Source of the DNA: Gemmatimonadota bacterium
GTDB lineage: Bacteria > Gemmatimonadota > Gemmatimonadetes > Palauibacterales > Palauibacteraceae
Direction of reading: 5' to 3'
Assembly: GCA_039584685.1 (NCBI GenBank)
Contig: JBDGXI010000002.1
Location: 4,184-68,183, forward strand
DNA length: 64,000 nucleotides
Shown: piece after piece, positions 1 to 8,492 of the stretch
How positions within the stretch are numbered: the stretch's first letter is position 1
Layout of the letters: each line of letters starts with the position of its first letter
Notes under the pieces: generated by a model
The model's database searches: none
Told to the model about the DNA's origin: nothing
Seen by the model: the letters and a program-made list of their open reading frames with translations, nothing else
Translations under genes and position numbers: made by a program

Positions 1-151
1 TTCCGATTGGTGCACGAAGTGTGGGCCGGTTCGTCTGCATTCCCACAGGGCGCAGGGATCGAATTCCGGACGGATGGCGGCATTCCTCGGCCTGCTGCCC
101 GCGCCAGGCAGGCGCCCCGGCGCTGATTGGGCGCGGCAGGAATTGCGATAG
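1..151 (+). CDS. pgeF: 3' end of PgeF/YfiH laccase-domain (polyphenol oxidase-like) protein, partial
   Basis: Frame 2 reads SDWCTKCGPVRLHSHRAQGSNSGRMAAFLGL, matching the YfiH C-terminal CTxC...SHR...GRM motif. TAG at 149-151. Not in the ORF track because it is truncated. Confidence 0.75.
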   Translation, partial: SDWCTKCGPVRLHSHRAQGSNSGRMAAFLGLLPAPGRRPGADWARQELR

Positions 152-171
152 CGGCGTCCCGCCACTATCTT
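143..171 (+). promoter_or_regulatory. Putative sigma70 promoter of the rimP-nusA-infB operon
   Basis: TTGCGA (143-148), 17 bp spacer, TATCTT (166-171). Confidence 0.5.
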
Positions 172-228
172 GACACCCGTAGATAGCCCTCCGGCGCTGG
201 TCAGCGGGGAGGCTCCGGAAGGATGTTG

Positions 229-260
229 AAGTGGGGAACCCTTATCGGCCCCACTTTTTT
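229..260 (+). terminator. rimP leader attenuator-like hairpin with U tract
   Basis: AAGTGGGG (229-236) pairs with CCCCACTT (249-256) and is followed by a T run. It resembles the GUGGG...CCCAC-UUUU hairpin commonly found upstream of rimP. Confidence 0.6.
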
Positions 261-309
261 GTTGCGGGTCGCTCGCGAAGGGCGGGCGCAAATGAGGTGG
301 CTTGGCGGA

Positions 310-801
310 ATGGCCTTTAGTCTGGAGCTAGAGCTGGAGGAGTTTCTCTCCGGAATCGGCTTCGAACTGGTTTCGGTGGAGAAGGGTGGGGGGCGACGTC
401 GCCCCCTGCTTCGTCTGCGGGTGGACCGACCGGACAGCCGGCCGGGCTACTCGACGGTCACCGTGGACGATTGTGCGAAGGTGAGCAAAGCCGTCCGACC
501 GTTTCTCGAGGAGAGGGGCTCGGGCGAAGAGGAGTGGATCCTCGAAGTTTCGTCGCCGGGTGTGGAGAGGCCGCTGACGAAGCCGCGCGACTACAGGCGG
601 TTTGCCGGACAGAAGGTCCGACTCAGGGGCTACAGCCCGCTGCCGGGGGGAAGCCGGCAGATGGTGGGCCTATTGGTCGGAGTGGCGAGAGAGGCTGGAG
701 AGGAAGTGGTGGTGCTGGAGGTAACCGGTGAGCGGGTGGAAATCCCTCTGACCGACATCGCGAAGGCGACGCTGGTTTACGAGTCAGCGGGAGAGTCTTG
801 A
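310..801 (+). CDS. rimP: Ribosome maturation factor RimP
   Basis: VTVDDCAKVS and LEVSSPGVERPL motifs; upstream of nusA. The ATG at 310, downstream of the leader hairpin, was chosen over 223. Confidence 0.95.
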   Translation: MAFSLELELEEFLSGIGFELVSVEKGGGRRRPLLRLRVDRPDSRPGYSTVTVDDCAKVSKAVRPFLEERGSGEEEWILEVSSPGVERPLTKPRDYRRFAGQKVRLRGYSPLPGGSRQMVGLLVGVAREAGEEVVVLEVTGERVEIPLTDIAKATLVYESAGES

Positions 802-826
802 GGGCGCACGGAGGATAAGGACTCAA

Positions 827-2323
827 ATGAGCGATCAGATACCGGTCGTTGAAGCGTTTCGTGTGATGGCGGCGAACAAGTCGCTGTCAGACGAAGAATT
901 ACACGACCTGATCCGGGATGGAATTCACGCTGCTCTGGCGCGGCGTTTCGGCGGGCCGGTGGAGGCCGAGATCGAGATTTTGCCGGAGGGGCACATCAAG
1001 ATCGTGGTCTTGAAGGAGGTGGTGGAGACCGTCGAGGATCCGGCTCGCGAGATCTCCCTGCAGGAGGCGCGGTGGGACGACCCGGACTTCCAGGTCGGCG
1101 ACCTGCTCGAGATTCCGGTCGCGTTCTCCGACTTCGGCCGGAACGCCGTCATGGCGGCCAAGCAGCGCATCATCCAGAGGGTCAGGGAGGGCGAGAGGGA
1201 CCGAATTCGTGAGGAGTTCAGCGGCATGGTCGGCGACCTCGTTTCGGGCGAGGTACAGGCGATCGAACGCGGCAAGTTCGTCGTGATGCTGAACCGGGTG
1301 CGCGAGGCGGAGGCCGTCATCCCGTGGCGCGAACAGAACCCGCGCGAACGATTCCGCCAGGGCGAGACGATTCGGGCGGTCCTCTCCAAGCTCGAGGAGA
1401 CCCCGCGAGGACCGAGGCTGATCCTGTCGCGGGCCGATCCGCTGTTCGTCAAGGCGCTGTTCGCCATCGAGGTTCCCGAGATTTACCAGGGTATTGTCGA
1501 GATCAAGGAAATCGTGCGAGAGGCCGGCGGGCGGACGAAGGTCGCGGTATCGTCGCGAGATGACTCGGTGGACCCGGTCGGGGCCTGCGTCGGTCTCAAG
1601 GGCTCGCGCGTGCAGGCCGTGGTGTCCGAGCTGTCGGGCGAGCGCATCGATATCGTGCCGTGGCATCCGGATCCGGAGATCTTTGCGCGGCGGGCGCTCG
1701 CGCCGGCCAAGGTCTCGAAGGTGATCTCGGACTCGGAGAGGCACGTGATCACGGCCATCGTGGACGAGGACCAGCTGTCCCTCGCCATTGGCAGGAACGG
1801 ACAGAACGTGCGGCTCGCTTCGCAGCTGATCGGGTGGCAGATCGACCTATATTCAAGCCGGGACTGGCTGTCGAGAGGGGCTGAGTCGAGCCTGTTCGGC
1901 GGAGGCGACGAGTACGAAGTCTCTGACTTCCCGCTTTCCGAGCTGGAAGACATCCAGGCGACGACCCTCGCCGCGTTGCAGGCGGCTGGAATCAACACGT
2001 TCTTCGACGTGCTCGACATGGACAGGGACGATTTTCTCCAGGTGCCGGGCATCGGAGAAGAGGATGCCGCCGTCCTCCTCGGTCTCATCGACGAGTTGAC
2101 GGTGGAGGAGGAAGTGCCGGAGGGAGCTCCGCCGGGTGGAGCGGCCCGGGCCGCCTCGGCGGCTCCCGTGACTCCCGAGGAGGCTGACGAGGCGGGAGAG
2201 GGCGAATCGGCCGAGAAGTCGGGCGAATCAGACGAACCGCATGGCGAACCCGTGGGAGCCGGTGTTTCGGACGCGGAACCCGCGTCCGAGACGGAAGATG
2301 AGCCGGGCGACCTCGCTGGTTGA
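827..2323 (+). CDS. nusA: Transcription termination/antitermination factor NusA
   Basis: FGRNAVMAAKQ, EVPEI, DPVGACVG, LSLAIGRNGQNVRLASQL motifs; acidic C-terminal tail. Confidence 0.98.
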   Translation: MSDQIPVVEAFRVMAANKSLSDEELHDLIRDGIHAALARRFGGPVEAEIEILPEGHIKIVVLKEVVETVEDPAREISLQEARWDDPDFQVGDLLEIPVAFSDFGRNAVMAAKQRIIQRVREGERDRIREEFSGMVGDLVSGEVQAIERGKFVVMLNRVREAEAVIPWREQNPRERFRQGETIRAVLSKLEETPRGPRLILSRADPLFVKALFAIEVPEIYQGIVEIKEIVREAGGRTKVAVSSRDDSVDPVGACVGLKGSRVQAVVSELSGERIDIVPWHPDPEIFARRALAPAKVSKVISDSERHVITAIVDEDQLSLAIGRNGQNVRLASQLIGWQIDLYSSRDWLSRGAESSLFGGGDEYEVSDFPLSELEDIQATTLAALQAAGINTFFDVLDMDRDDFLQVPGIGEEDAAVLLGLIDELTVEEEVPEGAPPGGAARAASAAPVTPEEADEAGEGESAEKSGESDEPHGEPVGAGVSDAEPASETEDEPGDLAG

Positions 2324-2675
2324 TCAGCCCCACCGGGAAGGGCCGGCAGGCGTTGGAGCTGATCGTGGAAGGAAGTTGCTGCAGCTCGTAGGTCTGGCCC
2401 GCAGGGCGGGGTACGCCGTGGTGGGCACTCGTGCCGTTCGGGACGCGGCACGGAGGAGCGAATTGAGCGTCGTAGTAGTGGCGGAGGACGCCACCGCGAA
2501 TGCGCGCAAGAGGATGCACGGACTGCTCGTCGAGCCGGGTGTGGAAGTGGTCGCGTGTGGTACGCGTTCCGACCTGGGGCGGGCGGTCGGACGTCCGGAG
2601 GCCGTGGTCGTAGGGATTCGCGACCGTGGTATCGGCATGAGGATCGTCGGTGAAGCGCAGGGAACGACTGGGTAA
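2298..2675 (+). CDS. L7Ae/L30e-family RNA-binding protein (YlxQ-like)
   Basis: LVGLARRAG..VVG...V, VVAEDA, LGRAVG motifs; lies between nusA and infB. Start uncertain (ATG 2298 or CTG 2316). Confidence 0.85.
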   Translation: MSRATSLVDQPHREGPAGVGADRGRKLLQLVGLARRAGYAVVGTRAVRDAARRSELSVVVVAEDATANARKRMHGLLVEPGVEVVACGTRSDLGRAVGRPEAVVVGIRDRGIGMRIVGEAQGTTG

Positions 2676-2702
2676 CGGACGGGACACTAAGGAGGACAGG
2701 CG

Positions 2703-5420
2703 TTGGCGACATTCCGCGTCTATGAAGTCGCAGAAGATCTGGGCGTAGACAGCAAGCAGCTGATTCACATGCTGCACGAGATGGACGTGCGCGTGCGAAG
2801 TCACATGTCCAGCGTCACGGAGGACCAGATCGCACGGCTGCACGCGCGGCTGGAGAGAGAGCGCCGGACGGGAACGCATGCGGCTCCGGACACGGCGACC
2901 GCGACACGCAGGCGTCGGCGTCGGAAGCCTCCGGCTGAGACGGTCGAGATCGCCGAGTCCACGGAGACCGCTGAGACGGTCCTGCACGAGTTCGTGGACG
3001 AGGCTTCCGACGAGGCGCCGGACGCCTCGGCAGAGCTGGATCTCGCGGCGGCCGAGCTGGAGTCGGACGAAGTCGTCGACGAGGTCGAGGCAGCGGATGT
3101 CGAGCTCGAGGAGGTCGAGCAGGTCGACGAAGCGGCGGACGAGGCCGACGAGGACCTCGGGCCCGCGGCCGTCGTCGAAGACCTGCTGGAAGAAGAGGCC
3201 GCCGAGGATGTCGAGGATCTCGAGGCCGTCGTCGATGGCGCGGAAGAGGAAGAAGACGCCGGCGATGCTGCGGTGGTAGAAGAAGTTACGGGGGCGCCTA
3301 AGCGTACGATTAAGCCCAGGCCCGTGCGCCGCGGCCTGGCTACGCCCCCGGCTGCCCCGGATGCTGCTGCGGCTTCGGCGCCGGCAGCGCCCGCGGCGTC
3401 GGCGGCCCCCGGCGGCACCGTGCGGATCAAGGCCGAGGGATACACCACGGACGGCCGCAAGAGGGGCAAGCGAGACCGGAAGCGTCGGCGTCGAGTCGAT
3501 CAGGACGCCGTGCAGGAGAGCGTCAAGAAGACGCTCGCCGCCATGGGCGGAGGAACGAAGCGGGGCCGCCGGCGTGACACGGGACCGACGCAGCAGGAGG
3601 TGGAGCGGGAAGCTCGCGAGGCCAAGGAAGAGGCGGAGAAGACCCTGGTCCGGGTCAACGAATTCCTGACGATCGCGGAGCTGTCCGACCTGATCGACGC
3701 CACGCCGCAAGAGATCATCACATCGGCGTTCAAGAACCTCGGCCTGATGGTGACGATCAACCAGCGGCTCGACTTCGACCAGATCGAGCTCATTTGCGAG
3801 GAGTTCGGTTTCGAGGCGACCCGGGAAGAGGCGTACGAGTCGGACCTGGTGGAGCTGCAGCAGGAGGCCGAGGAGGAAGGGGAGCTGGCGCCCCGGGCGC
3901 CCGTCGTCACCGTGATGGGGCACGTCGACCACGGAAAGACCTCTCTTCTCGACTACGTGCGTGAGACGAACGTGATCGCCGGCGAGGCAGGCGGGATTAC
4001 ACAGCACATCGGGGCATACCACGTGGTGGTCCAGGGAGACAAGGCGCTGACGTTCCTGGATACCCCGGGACACGAAGCGTTCACCGCAATGCGCGCGAGG
4101 GGCGCCGAGGTCACGGACCTCGTGATTCTGGTGGTGGCGGCTGACGATGCCGTGATGCCTCAGACCGTCGAGGCGGTCAGCCACGCGCGGAACGCGGGCG
4201 TGCCGATCGTCGTGGCGATCAACAAGGTCGATCTCCCCACGGCGAACGTTCAGAAGGTCAAGCAGGACCTGCTGTCCCAGGAGGTCATCCTGGAGGAATT
4301 CGGCGGAGATACGCTGCACGCAGAAGTGTCGGCCAAGACCGGCGAGGGCGTGGACGACCTGCTCGAGAAGGTGTTGCTCCAGGCCGAAATGCTGGATCTG
4401 AAGGCGATTCCCACGGGAATGGCCCGGGGTACCGTTGTGGAGGCGGAGTTGGACCGCGGTATGGGACCGGTGGCGACCGTGCTGGTGCAGAGCGGAGAGC
4501 TCAACGTCGGCGACGACTTCATCTGCGGTCTTCAGGGAGGGCGTGTCCGCGCCTTGCTGGACGAGCGGGGCAATCCCGTCGACATGGCAGGCCCTGCCAT
4601 TCCGGTGCGCATCCTCGGTCTCGAGGGCGTTCCTCAGGCCGGCGATCGGCTCGTCGAGATGGAAGCGTCCCGCGTGCGCGAGATCGTGTCGCGTCGCCAG
4701 CAGCTGGAGAGAGAGAAGGACATCAGGCGGCGGCAGAAGGGCACCCGGTTGGAGGACATATTCGCCGCGGTGCAGGAGCAGGGACAGGCGACTCTGAATC
4801 TCGTGATCAAGGGAGACACCGATGGATCCCTTCAGGCCCTGTCGGACTCGCTGGAGCGTCTCGGAACGCCCGAGGTGGCCGTGGATGTGGTGCACCGGGG
4901 AGTAGGAGCGATCAACGAGTCGGATATCCTGCTGGCAACGACCACGATGGCAACGGTCATCGGCTTCCACGTCCGCCCTGACGTCAAGGCTCGGGACGTC
5001 GCCGAGAGGGAGAGCGTGGAGATCCGGCTGTACAGCGTGATCTACGAGGCGGTGGAGGATGTCCGGTTGGCCCTCGAGGGACTTCTTCGACCGGAGGAGC
5101 GGGAGATCATCGTGGGCAGCGCGGAGGTCCGCGAGACGTTCAAGGTGCCGAAGGCCGGTACCGTGGCGGGATGTTACGTCGTATCCGGCACCATCCAGCG
5201 CAACCTCCCCGTGCGACTGCTCCGGGAGTACGTCCAGATCTACGAGGGCACGGTCGGGAGTCTGCGACGCTTCAAGGACGACGTCCGCGAGGTGCGTGAC
5301 GGTTACGAGTGCGGCATCGCGATCGAAGGGTTCAACGACATCAAGGTCGGCGACGTGATCGAGTGCTACAGGGTCGAGGAAGTCGCCCGTACTCTGGCCG
5401 AGAGCGGCCAGGCTTCCTGA
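2703..5420 (+). CDS. infB: Translation initiation factor IF-2
   Basis: [21 protein letters not shown]-domain motifs. TTG start with AGGAGG RBS. Confidence 0.99.
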   Translation: MATFRVYEVAEDLGVDSKQLIHMLHEMDVRVRSHMSSVTEDQIARLHARLERERRTGTHAAPDTATATRRRRRRKPPAETVEIAESTETAETVLHEFVDEASDEAPDASAELDLAAAELESDEVVDEVEAADVELEEVEQVDEAADEADEDLGPAAVVEDLLEEEAAEDVEDLEAVVDGAEEEEDAGDAAVVEEVTGAPKRTIKPRPVRRGLATPPAAPDAAAASAPAAPAASAAPGGTVRIKAEGYTTDGRKRGKRDRKRRRRVDQDAVQESVKKTLAAMGGGTKRGRRRDTGPTQQEVEREAREAKEEAEKTLVRVNEFLTIAELSDLIDATPQEIITSAFKNLGLMVTINQRLDFDQIELICEEFGFEATREEAYESDLVELQQEAEEEGELAPRAPVVTVMGHVDHGKTSLLDYVRETNVIAGEAGGITQHIGAYHVVVQGDKALTFLDTPGHEAFTAMRARGAEVTDLVILVVAADDAVMPQTVEAVSHARNAGVPIVVAINKVDLPTANVQKVKQDLLSQEVILEEFGGDTLHAEVSAKTGEGVDDLLEKVLLQAEMLDLKAIPTGMARGTVVEAELDRGMGPVATVLVQSGELNVGDDFICGLQGGRVRALLDERGNPVDMAGPAIPVRILGLEGVPQAGDRLVEMEASRVREIVSRRQQLEREKDIRRRQKGTRLEDIFAAVQEQGQATLNLVIKGDTDGSLQALSDSLERLGTPEVAVDVVHRGVGAINESDILLATTTMATVIGFHVRPDVKARDVAERESVEIRLYSVIYEAVEDVRLALEGLLRPEEREIIVGSAEVRETFKVPKAGTVAGCYVVSGTIQRNLPVRLLREYVQIYEGTVGSLRRFKDDVREVRDGYECGIAIEGFNDIKVGDVIECYRVEEVARTLAESGQAS

Positions 5421-5436
5421 GCGCGGATCAGAGTCG

Positions 5437-5724
5437 TTGTCAGCAGTCTACGGACGGGCCCGGTGGGAACTCCGCATCCCGGACTGCCAGTCGCTGAAGG
5501 ACAAGCGTCGGGTGGTGCATGGACTCAGAGATCGAACCCGGTCACGTCTGAAGGTCTCGGCCGCCGAGACCGACTACCAGGACGACGTGCGGCGGGCCGA
5601 GATCAGCATTGCGTTCGTGTCTTCGGACGCGACCCTCGCTCGCACGCTTCTCGATCGTGCGGACGATCTGATCGCCTCCGACCCCCGGGTGTACATTCTC
5701 GACACCGAGTCGGAGATCTTCTGA
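5437..5724 (+). CDS. DUF503 (YlxP-like) protein
   Basis: SLKDKRRVV and VSAAETDYQD motifs; typical position between infB and rbfA. Confidence 0.9.
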   Translation: MSAVYGRARWELRIPDCQSLKDKRRVVHGLRDRTRSRLKVSAAETDYQDDVRRAEISIAFVSSDATLARTLLDRADDLIASDPRVYILDTESEIF

Positions 5725-5755
5725 ACCGAGTTCCGCCCGGCGCGAATGGAGGAGC

Positions 5756-6124
5756 ATGTCGGCCAACCGACGAACGATACGTCTGAACCAGCTCCTGCGG
5801 GAGGAGCTGGCGACCTTGCTGCAGGCCGAGATCAAGGATCCGAGGGTCAGGTCGGTCACGATCACGCGTGTCGAAGCGACGCAGGATCTTTCCTACGCCG
5901 ACGTGTACGTGCGGACGCTCACGGACGAGATCCCGGTTGAGGAGGCAATCGCCGGTCTGGAGAGCGCCGAGGGTTTCGTGCGCAGACGCCTGGGAAGAGA
6001 TCTTCATCTTCGCCGGATCCCCGATTTCCGCTTCCATGCGGACCGGGCTCTCGAGCACGTGCAACGCATCGAATTGCTCCTGGACGAAGCCCTGGGCGAG
6101 CAAGAGGAAGATGCGGGAGGCTGA
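5756..6124 (+). CDS. rbfA: Ribosome-binding factor A
   Basis: IKDPRV, DLSYADVY, LRRIPDFRFHAD motifs. Confidence 0.97.
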   Translation: MSANRRTIRLNQLLREELATLLQAEIKDPRVRSVTITRVEATQDLSYADVYVRTLTDEIPVEEAIAGLESAEGFVRRRLGRDLHLRRIPDFRFHADRALEHVQRIELLLDEALGEQEEDAGG

Positions 6125-6998
6125 GACCCGGGCGGTGCTCCTCGTGGACAAGCCCGAGGGACCGACCTCTCACGACGTGATTCAGGTCGCGCGCCGCGTT
6201 CTTGGCGTGCGGAGGATCGGACACACCGGCACGCTGGATCCGTTCGCGAGTGGCCTGCTCCTTCTGTGCATCGGCCCATCCACTCGCCTCGCGGACTACT
6301 TCCACCTGCTTCCGAAGACCTATGCTGCCACCGCTGTCCTGGGCATCGAGACGGACACCGAGGACCATACTGGCAAGGTCACGGCCCAGGCGGATGCATG
6401 GAGGTCACTGTCGCGCGAGGACATCTCGTTGGGTGCGCAGAAGCTCTTGGGAGAGCAAGCCCAGCTTCCGCCCGCGTTCTCGGCCAAGAAGGTGGCCGGG
6501 CGCCGGGCCTACGAAGCTGCCCGAGCCGGTGAGAAGGTCGAATTGACGGCAAGAACCGTCCATGTTCACGCAATCGAGGTCGTGGAAGTGCAGCTGCCCG
6601 AAGTGGCATTCGTCACGGAGGTGTCCACCGGCACGTACGTCCGATCCCTGGCCAGAGATCTGGGAAGAAACCTCGGATGCGGGGCCCACCTCACAGCTCT
6701 TCGCCGGGTTTCGATCGGTCCCTACCGGGTGGCCGATGCCGTATCCCTCTCCGACCTGGAGCACGGGAAGATTCCGGCGGCTGCCTCGTTGTCGGCTGCC
6801 CGGTCTCTGTCCTGGCTTCCCATCCGGCGGTTGTCTCCGTCCGAAGTGACGGAGGTCGAGCATGGGCGGCGTATCCCGCAGCGGGGGCTCGCCGGGGACA
6901 CGGATCTTCCGGTGGCCATGGTGGCGGGAGACCGACTCGTGGGCGTAGCCCGTCGTGACTCCGATCTGCTGCAGCCGGAGAAGGTGTTTCATGGCTGA
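6111..6998 (+). CDS. truB: tRNA pseudouridine(55) synthase TruB
   Basis: DKPEGPTSHDV, GHTGTLDPFASG, GTYVRSLARDLG motifs. ATG at 6111 overlaps the rbfA end. Confidence 0.97.
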   Translation: MREAETRAVLLVDKPEGPTSHDVIQVARRVLGVRRIGHTGTLDPFASGLLLLCIGPSTRLADYFHLLPKTYAATAVLGIETDTEDHTGKVTAQADAWRSLSREDISLGAQKLLGEQAQLPPAFSAKKVAGRRAYEAARAGEKVELTARTVHVHAIEVVEVQLPEVAFVTEVSTGTYVRSLARDLGRNLGCGAHLTALRRVSIGPYRVADAVSLSDLEHGKIPAAASLSAARSLSWLPIRRLSPSEVTEVEHGRRIPQRGLAGDTDLPVAMVAGDRLVGVARRDSDLLQPEKVFHG

Positions 6999-7938
6999 GG
7001 TCAGCTCGGAGTGGGAAAGCGGGCTGTCGCCTGACGTGGAAGGTACGGTGGTCACGGTCGGGAGTTTCGACGGAGTGCACCGTGGGCACGTGGCGGTTCT
7101 CGAGGAAATTTCCCGGCGCGCAGGGGAGCGCGGTCTGCACAGCGTCCTGGTGACGTTCGATCGGCATCCGTTGACCGTCGTGCGCCCGGAAGCCGCACCG
7201 GGCCTGCTGACGACACCGGACGAAAAGAAGGAGATCCTATCTCAATCGGGGCTGGACTACGTGGCCTTTCTCCCTTTCACCCGCGCGCTGTCGCAATACG
7301 GGCCGGAAGAATTCGTTGATCGAGTTCTTCGTAAACGTTTCAGGGTCGCCGAGCTGGTCATCGGATACGATCACGGTTTCGGCCGGGGGAGGAAAGGTGA
7401 CATCGATCTTCTGCGGCTTCTGGGCAGGGACCTCGGCTTCGCGGTGGACGTCGTGCCTGCCGTCGTCTCCGGTGGCTCTCCGGTATCTTCGACCCGAATC
7501 CGGACCGCCTTGGCGGAAGGCGCGGTGGAGCGGGCCGCGCTCGATCTCGGACGCCCCTATTCGTTCCGGGGTCCGGTCGTCACCGGCCTCGGCCGCGGTC
7601 GGGACCTGGGGTTCCCCACGGCCAATATCAAGGCGCCAGAAGGTGGAAAGCTGCTTCCCCGGCAGGGTATCTACGCGGTTCGGGCTTCGCTCCGGACCGA
7701 GATCCGGTCCGGACTCCTGCATCTGGGACCTCGACCCACGTTTGCGGGCTCTCCCCCTTCGATCGAGCTGTACATACTGGACTTCGACGAGGATATCTAC
7801 GGCGAACGCGTTCGGGTGGATTTTCTGAAGCGTCTCCGGGACGTAGAGCCGTTCGCGACGGCGGGCGAACTGGTCGAGCAGATGAAGAAGGACAGAGATA
7901 TGGCACGAGACTACTTCGGCGCGGTGAACGGGAACTGA
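6991..7938 (+). CDS. ribF: Bifunctional riboflavin kinase/FAD synthetase
   Basis: GSFDGVHRGH, GYDHGFG, VSSTRIR, LGFPTAN motifs. Confidence 0.97.
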   Translation: MAEVSSEWESGLSPDVEGTVVTVGSFDGVHRGHVAVLEEISRRAGERGLHSVLVTFDRHPLTVVRPEAAPGLLTTPDEKKEILSQSGLDYVAFLPFTRALSQYGPEEFVDRVLRKRFRVAELVIGYDHGFGRGRKGDIDLLRLLGRDLGFAVDVVPAVVSGGSPVSSTRIRTALAEGAVERAALDLGRPYSFRGPVVTGLGRGRDLGFPTANIKAPEGGKLLPRQGIYAVRASLRTEIRSGLLHLGPRPTFAGSPPSIELYILDFDEDIYGERVRVDFLKRLRDVEPFATAGELVEQMKKDRDMARDYFGAVNGN

Positions 7939-7973
7939 TGCCAGTGCCTGTCTCTCAGAGTCGACGGCATTGC

Positions 7974-8002
7974 TTTACAATTGAGTAGTTGGAAGCTATT
8001 TT
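7974..8002 (+). promoter_or_regulatory. Putative sigma70 promoter of rpsO-pnp
   Basis: TTTACA (7974-7979), 17 bp spacer, TATTTT (7997-8002), inside a local AT-rich island. Confidence 0.5.
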
Positions 8003-8051
8003 TATATGCTTGATATCTGGTGAATACACGAACTTGAAGGAACTCACACTG

Positions 8052-8321
8052 ATGACGCTGGGCACGGAAGAAAAGAAGGCCATAGCCGGGAAGTTCGGCG
8101 TGCACGAGGGAGACGTCGGGTCGCCAGCGGTTCAGGTCGCGCAGTTGACGGCTCGGATCGAGCACCTCACCGAGCACTTTCGAACGCACCCGAAGGATCA
8201 CCACAGCCGCAGGGGACTCCTCAAGATGGTGGGTCGCCGGCGCCGGCTGCTCGAGTATCTGAAGAAGAACGAGTTCGACAGGTACAGAACGGTTATCAAG
8301 GAATTGGGTCTGCGCAGGTAG
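8052..8321 (+). CDS. rpsO: 30S ribosomal protein S15
   Basis: [31 protein letters not shown] motifs. Confidence 0.99.
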   Translation: MTLGTEEKKAIAGKFGVHEGDVGSPAVQVAQLTARIEHLTEHFRTHPKDHHSRRGLLKMVGRRRRLLEYLKKNEFDRYRTVIKELGLRR

Positions 8322-8341
8322 TAGAGAAGCAGGCCTGGAAC

Positions 8342-8387
8342 ACGGCGGTTCGGCGGCGCACAGCGCCTTCGGACTGCCGTTTTTGTT
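8342..8387 (+). terminator. Intrinsic terminator / long stem-loop between rpsO and pnp
   Basis: ACGGCGGTTCG (8342-8352) pairs with CGGACTGCCGT (8370-8380), has an inner GGCGC/GCGCC stem, and is followed by TTTTGTT. Confidence 0.65.
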
Positions 8388-8492
8388 GTCCCGCCCGCGC
8401 CCGCTACGAGAACGCGGGAGATTCGCGGCCGGGATGCGTGAGACAGAGACGTTGTATGCTTGAGAAGAGCGGAAAGAGAAGAGAAAGAAGAG

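Noticed and set aside
2085-4970. 961-aa antisense ORF, and similar long ones at 7911-9707, 32803-34770, 42622-44715, 45772-48558, 52122-53957 and 58064-59617
   Set aside because: These are shadow ORFs opposite well-conserved genes, expected from high-GC codon bias, and have no recognisable motifs.
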